Shown: positions 6,102 to 11,984 of the stretch, one piece after another | How the letters are laid out: each line of letters opens with the position of its first letter | How positions within the stretch are numbered: the stretch's first letter is position 1 | Assembly: GCA_048884965.1 (NCBI GenBank) | Contig: JBHLQH010000066.1 | Span: 1 to 11,984, forward strand | Direction: 5' to 3' | DNA length: 11,984 nt | Source of the DNA: Candidatus Thorarchaeota archaeon | GTDB lineage: Archaea > Asgardarchaeota > Thorarchaeia > Thorarchaeales > Thorarchaeaceae | Notes under the pieces: generated by a model | What the model was told of the DNA's origin: nothing | Seen by the model: only the letters and a program-made list of their open reading frames with translations | Database searches by the model: none | Program-made: the position numbers and the translations under genes

Positions 6102-7544
6102 ATGTCAGGGGATGAGGAACGATTTTCCAAAGATGATCAAGAGGAAGTAGTAGACAAGCTATTGAACGACCTCGGAGTGGATAAGGACATGAGGAAAGAT
6201 CTCGTTGATTCAGGTCGTATTTCAAGTGACTTGTTGAAGGTCGCCTCGTCTGAACAAGTTCGCCGCAGGATGGAGATTGAGAAGAGTATAGCACGTCTTC
6301 GTGATAGTCTGAATTTACTCGAAAGGAATGTAACTCAAATTGAGAGTTCTATAGATCGGATTGAGAGAGACCTAATTCCCGTTGTACTATCATTTCTAGT
6401 ATCGCTGAAGGGTAATCTTGTCAATATTCGAAATACTGTTATTGACCAGAGCAAGCGCCAAGCGAAAACAAATCTTCAAGCGACATATGCTGATACTACT
6501 GTGAGAAAGCTTGTAGAAGAGAAATTCGTTCCACTTGAAGAGAGTCTTAGTAGCGACATGTCCGCTCCAATTATGGAAAAGGTTCGAGAGATCACTGACG
6601 GATTCAAGGATTTTCTCAAGTTAACAGTTGATGAGATGACAAATCTGAAAGCGAGCGTTGAGGACTATACTCAACGAACAAGCACAGAGCTAGAATTTCT
6701 TACAAAAGAATTGAGTATGAAACCAAAAGTTGAGGTGCCAAAGGAAGTCAAGGATGAGCTAACTGAGTTGAATAGAAAAGCTGAGCAGCTACAGCATGAG
6801 CTCAATCTGTCCCTTCAGAAACTTGAAAACAGGGAAGCCGAAATCATTGCTCTCCAGACGAATTTGGCGGCAACACAATTGCGAAAAGAAAGTCTAGAAG
6901 AATCATTAGAATCCATACGTAGCGCTCCTTCTACAGACCCAACTATTGTGACTGAGCTTCGTCAAAAGATCAAAACTATGGAAGCTGAAGATGATCTACT
7001 GCAGAAGCAACTAACTGAATTCAAAGATACCTTACAAGATAGGGAAAGCACCATTGCAGATCTTAAGTCATCGCTGTCTCAAAGGGAACTTGAGTGTGAA
7101 GACTATAAACAAAACATAGCTGCGCTTGAATTTGAAATTGAAGGGTTCAGTTCCCGCGTTCAAGAGATTGATGAACTCAGAGCTCGTGTTCGTTCATTAG
7201 AATCAGGGGACACAATGAGAGAGCTGGAGCGGATGAGAACCGAAGCTGAGCGACTGAAAGCTGCTAACGATAGGTTGACCAACGATCATTCAGACATGAA
7301 GCAACAAAAAGACTATACTCAAGCAAGATTAGATGGATACATGGCATTGATGAATTCAGCTGAGAAAACGAAAGCATTTCTGATTCTGGAGGATAACAAG
7401 GAGATTTCACTTCGAGAGCTAGCTCGTTCACTAGGTGTTTCACCTGCAACCATGTCGCAATGGGCTGATGACTTCGTAAAGCTTGGACTGGCTCAAGTGC
7501 AGGAAGATCGATTGATCCTAAAAATCGGCTCTGATACAAACTAG
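6102..7544 (+). CDS. Long segmented coiled-coil protein with C-terminal winged helix-turn-helix
   Basis: SD GAGGT at 6091-6095. Heptad-rich E/K/L sequence over ~350 aa. The C-terminus KAFLILEDNKEISLRELARSLGVSPATMSQWADDFVKLGLAQVQEDRLIL is a classic wHTH. No Walker A motif, so not an SMC ATPase. Confidence 0.85.
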   Translation: MSGDEERFSKDDQEEVVDKLLNDLGVDKDMRKDLVDSGRISSDLLKVASSEQVRRRMEIEKSIARLRDSLNLLERNVTQIESSIDRIERDLIPVVLSFLVSLKGNLVNIRNTVIDQSKRQAKTNLQATYADTTVRKLVEEKFVPLEESLSSDMSAPIMEKVREITDGFKDFLKLTVDEMTNLKASVEDYTQRTSTELEFLTKELSMKPKVEVPKEVKDELTELNRKAEQLQHELNLSLQKLENREAEIIALQTNLAATQLRKESLEESLESIRSAPSTDPTIVTELRQKIKTMEAEDDLLQKQLTEFKDTLQDRESTIADLKSSLSQRELECEDYKQNIAALEFEIEGFSSRVQEIDELRARVRSLESGDTMRELERMRTEAERLKAANDRLTNDHSDMKQQKDYTQARLDGYMALMNSAEKTKAFLILEDNKEISLRELARSLGVSPATMSQWADDFVKLGLAQVQEDRLILKIGSDTN

Positions 7545-7552
7545 TAATGATA

Positions 7553-7996
7553 TCAGAGAGAGTCTACACGATCAAAGAACTGCGCCACTTCTATTAGGCC
7601 GTCGAGAGCGAAGACCTTCTCATAGAGCTTCTCTACATCCTGTCGGTTTCCAGTCCCGCTGGTAAGATATCCTTTTACCGCTGGCTTCAATATTTCATTG
7701 AGATATGTTGTTCGAAGTGAACTCAGAGCATCCAAGAGATCTGAGGAAATCGATTCTCTTTCTAATATCGATTTTGCAGTTAGAAGTTTCTCTTTGCACT
7801 TTGGTTCTGAGTTTAGAATTTCTTGTGAACCATCAAGTGCTTGTTGTGCAATGACTCTATACTTGCTATGAGCTTCATCAAGATTTGAATATGCAAGGAG
7901 CTTCGTTTCAGAACATTTGGTAAGAAATGGAGTGTTTCTACTTGCGATTGATTCTAGTAGGCTTCTAATCTTAACTAGATTCTCTTTATCCGCCAT
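7553..7996 (-). CDS. Hypothetical all-helical protein (147 aa)
   Basis: The ORF fills the gap exactly, converges on the coiled-coil gene and has amphipathic helical composition. No motif recognised. Confidence 0.7.
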   Translation of the reverse strand: MADKENLVKIRSLLESIASRNTPFLTKCSETKLLAYSNLDEAHSKYRVIAQQALDGSQEILNSEPKCKEKLLTAKSILERESISSDLLDALSSLRTTYLNEILKPAVKGYLTSGTGNRQDVEKLYEKVFALDGLIEVAQFFDRVDSL

Positions 7997-8075
7997 TCAC
8001 AAGACCGTATTGATACTACGTACCTTTGCATTTAACACTGTCTGAAACATATTAGGAATTGTAGAAATAGACTTG

Positions 8076-8192
8076 ATGACTGACCAATCCACATTCTATT
8101 TCCATCCCGATAATCTACCCACATTCGGTCCAGTGAGACGTTTGTATCAGCTACCACAAGACGCAAATATCCTGAAATCTATCTTCGTTTGA
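8076..8192 (+). CDS. Possible 38-aa small ORF coupled to amrS
   Basis: ATG at 8076 reads MTDQSTFYFHPDNLPTFGPVRRLYQLPQDANILKSIFV to TGA 8190-8192, which overlaps the amrS ATG (TGATG). No clear SD; could be chance. Confidence 0.2.
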   Translation: MTDQSTFYFHPDNLPTFGPVRRLYQLPQDANILKSIFV

Positions 8193-9244
8193 TGAAAGAA
8201 GCAATCCTGTATTCAAAACTAAAAGATTCAGTCCGATGTGATCTTTGTGCGAGAAGGTGCGTTATTGCTGAAGGAGAAACAGGATTCTGCAGAGTTAGAG
8301 TAGTACGAAACGGGGCTCTCTTTAGTAAAGTCTACGGACTAATTGATGGCATGGCACCTGATCCTGTTGAAAAGAAACCCCTCTTCCATTTTGCCCCTGG
8401 ATCGAATACATTCTCAATTAGCACATCTTCTTGCAACTTTCGATGTGCTTTCTGTTTGAACTACCAGTCATCCCAGAAGGAAACCCCCTCTGGTAGAGAA
8501 TTCACTCCGGAGGAGCTAGTTCATCTAGCAAAAGAAAATGACTGTCAAGGTATGACCTACACCTACACTGAGCCTACAATCTTTATGGAGCTAGCACATG
8601 ACACAGCAAAGATTGCACATCAGGAGGGTCTGTACAATACTTTTGTCACTAATGGATATATGACTAGTGAGGGAGTAGACTTGATTGCCCCATATCTGGA
8701 TGCTGCATCTGTGAACTTCAAAGGTAGCGCAAACAAGGATTTCTACAAGAATCTCATGGAGGTCCCTAAGACAGAGCCAATCTTCAATAGCATGGTACGG
8801 ATGAAGGAAAAGGGTATTTTCATTGAGATTACCAATCTCATCATTCCTCAGGTGGGTGACTTTGAGAACGATACGAAAGTGCTTGCTCAATGGGTAGTAG
8901 ATAATCTAGGGGAAAAGACACCTTTCCATTTCACCTCTTTTGCTCCAACATACAAGATGACGAATCTTCCCAGAACACCATCTACAACAATAGAGAAACA
9001 CGCTGGAATCGCAAAAGAGATTGGTCTGGAATATGTATATTCAGGTAACATACCCGGACACGATTTTGAAAACACTTACTGTCCGAAGTGTGGCTATAAG
9101 GCTGTTGAGCGGTTTTCGGTCTATCTGAAGAATAACAACTTGAGTCCAGATGGCACTTGTCCAAAATGCAACTCCGATTTGGGAATGGCAGGAATTAAAT
9201 GGATGCGGGTTGGAAAGGGGAAATCCCGATTCTTCTGGGGTTAG
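8192..9244 (+). CDS. amrS: AmmeMemoRadiSam system radical SAM enzyme (PflA-like with N- and C-terminal Cys clusters)
   Basis: Motifs VRCDLCARRC...GFCRVR, DPVEKKPLFHFAPG, CNFRCAFC (CxxxCxxC), YTYTEP, VTNGY and YVYSGNIPGH..ENTYCPKCG...CPKC are typical of the family. Confidence 0.9.
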   Translation: MKEAILYSKLKDSVRCDLCARRCVIAEGETGFCRVRVVRNGALFSKVYGLIDGMAPDPVEKKPLFHFAPGSNTFSISTSSCNFRCAFCLNYQSSQKETPSGREFTPEELVHLAKENDCQGMTYTYTEPTIFMELAHDTAKIAHQEGLYNTFVTNGYMTSEGVDLIAPYLDAASVNFKGSANKDFYKNLMEVPKTEPIFNSMVRMKEKGIFIEITNLIIPQVGDFENDTKVLAQWVVDNLGEKTPFHFTSFAPTYKMTNLPRTPSTTIEKHAGIAKEIGLEYVYSGNIPGHDFENTYCPKCGYKAVERFSVYLKNNNLSPDGTCPKCNSDLGMAGIKWMRVGKGKSRFFWG

Positions 9245-9247
9245 TCT

Positions 9248-10132
9248 ATGCATATCAATGATGTAACTTGGAAATCAATTAGGGATGAATTCGTACCTGG
9301 ATTGAGCTACTGGGACAAGGATAAGGAAATGTCACATTTCCCATTGATTCCTGAAACTGTGATAAATTGGACAGTAGAAGGTCCGCGACGCTGTATAGGA
9401 CGTCGAGATGAGTTCAAAGAATTTACTCCATGTCCCTTCAATAGTATGGTTGTAAAAGGAAAGAAGTGCTATGAATGCGGGAACATGGATGGATTCGATC
9501 CTTGCATCAGGTGTACCGGCTCTGCATGCAATGCCAGCCCATTTCGCCATAAAGAATGCCAATCTTCACAATATGTTCTCTACCTTGCCTACTTCAGCGA
9601 TGGAAGTTTGAAGGTCGGAGTGTCATCCTCACATAGAGTACGTACTAGATGGGTCGAACAAGGGGCTGACTATGCTTGTGTCATTGCAGAGGTTACCGGA
9701 GGAGATAATGCACGAAGACTTGAGCAAAAACTCGGGAAGAACCGAGGTGTGCGATTAGCTATTCCCGGTAGCACTAAGGCGAGTACGATACGCAATTCAA
9801 CGTCTCTCGAAGATGCGGAGGGGATATTCAGAGAGTTCTTGGATGAATCTGATTGCCCTGAATGTCGAGATGAAATTCAAATCGAGGACATGATGCCGCA
9901 TTACAATTTACAGGACCTGGCTGCAGAACCTCTATCATGGCCGGATCGATCACTTCCATTAGTAGGTCAGCAAATTCACGGAAAAGTACTGGGAATGAAA
10001 GGAGCCCTCTTAGTAACTTATATTGGGCATGCCTACAGAATAATCTCATTAAAGAAACTTGTAGGATACACATTAGAAAATAGTATCAAAAAACCAGTGA
10101 TCTCTCAGACAGGACTGTTTGATTTCATTTGA
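9248..10132 (+). CDS. DUF2797 family protein (Cys-rich N-terminal region, GIY-YIG-like core, C-terminal PIP box)
   Basis: Motifs RRCIG...PCP...KCYEC, YVLYLAYF..GSLKVGVS....RTRWVEQGA, ARRLE and GKVLGMKG match DUF2797. The protein ends in QTGLFDFI. Confidence 0.85.
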   Translation: MHINDVTWKSIRDEFVPGLSYWDKDKEMSHFPLIPETVINWTVEGPRRCIGRRDEFKEFTPCPFNSMVVKGKKCYECGNMDGFDPCIRCTGSACNASPFRHKECQSSQYVLYLAYFSDGSLKVGVSSSHRVRTRWVEQGADYACVIAEVTGGDNARRLEQKLGKNRGVRLAIPGSTKASTIRNSTSLEDAEGIFREFLDESDCPECRDEIQIEDMMPHYNLQDLAAEPLSWPDRSLPLVGQQIHGKVLGMKGALLVTYIGHAYRIISLKKLVGYTLENSIKKPVISQTGLFDFI

Positions 10133-10169
10133 GTAGACTAAAATACATAGAAAGGTTGTCTTAGTAGTC

Positions 10170-11015
10170 ATGAATTCAGGGGACGAAGATGCATTAGTCA
10201 GATACATCTCTCTCGTTCGTAGAGAAGGAGGAGAGCCCATGTTAGGCATTCCCTATCGCGAAATGAGCGTAGATCCTGACCTAGTCGCTAGCTTTGTCCT
10301 TGCTATCATCATCTTTGAGAATCGACAACTGCGGACCTTCACAAAGGAAGGCTATGTAGTGATTATAGAGGAGGGTGACCATACTGTTGGTCTCTTGATT
10401 GTAGATAAAGTGGAAGACGATGAACCCTACAGAACTAACCTGCGGAAGATAATTCTTGCTTTCGAGGAGGAATTCGGGTCCATCCTCTCTAGTTGGAAAG
10501 GAGACATCAGGCCATTTCGTGAGTTCGCCATTCAAATTCTTGGGTACTATCCATACCGCGATATAGATCTTCAAATGGTCCCTCAACTTATACCAAAATC
10601 AGAAGCCAATCCTGATCAGCAATCACTAATACCTTGGAGTGTTGGCGAAACCGATGTGAAAATCCATACTACACTTGGTTTCATCAATGGACGCCGTAGC
10701 ATAAAAGAGATAATGGATTCAACAAAAATCTCTGAAGCCGATACTCGTGCAATATTCTCCATGTTGCATCGCTACAAATGGGTAAGATTTAGCAGGAAGC
10801 TGAATCCTGAGTCTCGCCTGAAGAAGATAAGTGATCCGCCGAAATATCTGATAGGAGCATATGGGAAGGAATTCGAAGAACTTGTTCAGTTGTTCGATGG
10901 AAAAAGAACCTTCGCAGAGGTTTGTGCCTCATTATCTATCAATATGGAGGTTGTAACAACACTGGCCAGAAACCTGATTGATGTAGGAGTGCTAAGCTAT
11001 GATGATGACGAATAA
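10170..11015 (+). CDS. Longin domain + tandem winged-helix protein (NPRL2/NPRL3-like), paralogue 1
   Basis: Asgard-type longin signatures DPDLVASFVLAI and FEEEFGSILSSWKGDIRPF are followed by two wHTH repeats: FINGRRSIKEI...LHRYKWVRF and LFDGKRTFAEVC...LIDVGVL. Confidence 0.75.
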   Translation: MNSGDEDALVRYISLVRREGGEPMLGIPYREMSVDPDLVASFVLAIIIFENRQLRTFTKEGYVVIIEEGDHTVGLLIVDKVEDDEPYRTNLRKIILAFEEEFGSILSSWKGDIRPFREFAIQILGYYPYRDIDLQMVPQLIPKSEANPDQQSLIPWSVGETDVKIHTTLGFINGRRSIKEIMDSTKISEADTRAIFSMLHRYKWVRFSRKLNPESRLKKISDPPKYLIGAYGKEFEELVQLFDGKRTFAEVCASLSINMEVVTTLARNLIDVGVLSYDDDE

Positions 11016-11101
11016 TCAAAACTCTTATAGTCCGGTATGTACGAATCACACACTCCGACAACCCAGGGGCTTTCTTTATGCAGGTAGGGGAGCGATATAA
11101 A

Positions 11102-11923
11102 GTGTCCATTGATGTATCAAAGGTTCGATATATATCGCTAATACGGATTGAGGGAGGAGAGTCCCTCGTAAACATCCCCTATGAAGAACTCACACTGGAT
11201 CCAGATCTGATTGCGGGTTTTGTGTCAGCTGTCATTATCTTTGCCAAGACTCCAATACGAACAATACGTAAAGCTGCATATGACATTCTTATTGAGGTCG
11301 GAGAAACCTCCCTTCTTTTACTAGTCGTTGATCCTATCCCCGATGAGACTCCATACCGGTCAAGAATGAAACGTATACTTGATTTGGTCGAGGAAGAACA
11401 TGGCACCAAATTAGAGAACTTCGAGGGTGATGTGCGCCGATTTCGTGAAGTAGCTCTAAAGATTCTCACAGAGTTCCCCTACTCTGAACCTGAACCGAGC
11501 TTGGTTCCCGTCCGAAAGTCAGTTGGCGTACCAATTCCATACCGTGTAGGTATAATTGATCATCAGTTGGAGAAACTTGAGAGCTTCATTAACGGAAAGC
11601 GAACGGTATCAGAGATACTCGATTTGATTGGACTAGATGAAGATGAAGCGACAGCATTGATTTCTGTGTTGGAGAAATACGGTTGGATTGACTATAAACG
11701 TAGATTGAAGGAGTCCGACTATCTCGTTCGCAGCAACTGTCCCCAATTATCAGTTGAACGATTAAAGCAACAGTTCGGAATGCCTCTTGATGAGCTTCTG
11801 AAGCAGTTTGATAAGCCCGTCAAAATCTCTGAAGCTCTTGATGCTGTTCCTTTTGATAGAAATGCTTGCTGGTTCATAGTGAATAAACTACTTGAGCTAG
11901 GTTGCCTTGCTTCACCGACCTAA
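11102..11923 (+). CDS. Longin domain + tandem winged-helix protein (NPRL2/NPRL3-like), paralogue 2
   Basis: Colinear with paralogue 1: DPDLIAGFVSAV, EEEHGTKLENFEGDVRRF, FINGKRTVSEI...LEKYGWIDY, QFD...LLELGCL. The frame opens at ATG 11078, but GTG 11102 follows GGGGAG and matches the paralogue's N-terminus. Confidence 0.75.
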   Translation: MSIDVSKVRYISLIRIEGGESLVNIPYEELTLDPDLIAGFVSAVIIFAKTPIRTIRKAAYDILIEVGETSLLLLVVDPIPDETPYRSRMKRILDLVEEEHGTKLENFEGDVRRFREVALKILTEFPYSEPEPSLVPVRKSVGVPIPYRVGIIDHQLEKLESFINGKRTVSEILDLIGLDEDEATALISVLEKYGWIDYKRRLKESDYLVRSNCPQLSVERLKQQFGMPLDELLKQFDKPVKISEALDAVPFDRNACWFIVNKLLELGCLASPT

Positions 11924-11984
11924 TTCAATGAAAGGACAGAGTCCATCCCTGGTATCCCAACGACATCGCTTCTGCACTGCATAC
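11920..11984 (-). CDS. C-terminal fragment of a probable NifB-like radical SAM protein (5'-partial)
   Basis: The minus frame reads (xGT)-MQCRSDVVGIPGMDSVLSLN-TAG, with the stop at 11922-11920 overlapping the convergent TAA. This resembles the NifB C-terminal CxxCRADAxG motif. Only 20 codons are visible. Confidence 0.55.
   Translation of the reverse strand, partial: MQCRSDVVGIPGMDSVLSLN

Noticed and set aside
6102-7544. SMC/Rad50 or ESCRT-III annotation
   Set aside because: No Walker A/B, signature motif or hinge/Zn-hook. It is too long and lacks recognisable Snf7 core features.
8073-8084. TGATGA immediately followed by CTGA (C box / D box look-alike)
   Set aside because: There is no guide region between the boxes, so the spacing is incompatible with a C/D sRNA.
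557-11469. Short alternative ORFs in the track (e.g. 557-772, 1561-1845, 2168-2380, 3096-3326, 3228-3458, 4257-4508, 7264-7539, 8591-8890, 10281-10586, 11179-11469)
   Set aside because: They are antisense or out-of-frame shadows overlapping well-supported genes and have no recognisable motifs.
10170-11923. Both paralogues are listed as exactly 281 aa
   Set aside because: Probably coincidence: paralogue 2 likely starts at GTG 11102, and the alignment has indels after the longin domain.

Overview
Gene-dense archaeal chromosomal segment. It is most likely from an Asgard archaeon (possibly Thorarchaeia); this is inferred from the split Alg14/Alg13 pair, Asgard-type longin proteins and a coiled-coil/wHTH protein. 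Left to right: a GlcD-like FAD oxidoreductase abutting an HdrD/GlpC-like Fe-S protein (minus strand, runs off the left edge); a split Alg14+Alg13 GlcNAc transferase pair; a ~250 bp intergenic region with a TATA box, an ORB-like motif and a G-U-rich leader hairpin; an RdgC-like hypothetical protein; a small GYD/DUF3303-like protein; a PD-(D/E)XK nuclease; a cytoplasmic transglutaminase-like protein; a 480-aa coiled-coil protein with C-terminal winged helix; a helical hypothetical protein; a co-oriented run of AmrS radical SAM, DUF2797 (with a C-terminal PIP box) and two tandem paralogous longin + double winged-helix (NPRL2/NPRL3-like) proteins; and the C-terminal tail of a probable NifB-like radical SAM gene entering from the right edge. 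No tRNA, rRNA, CRISPR or mobile element was seen. All family calls come from motifs recognised by eye and from memory of the families; no searches were run.
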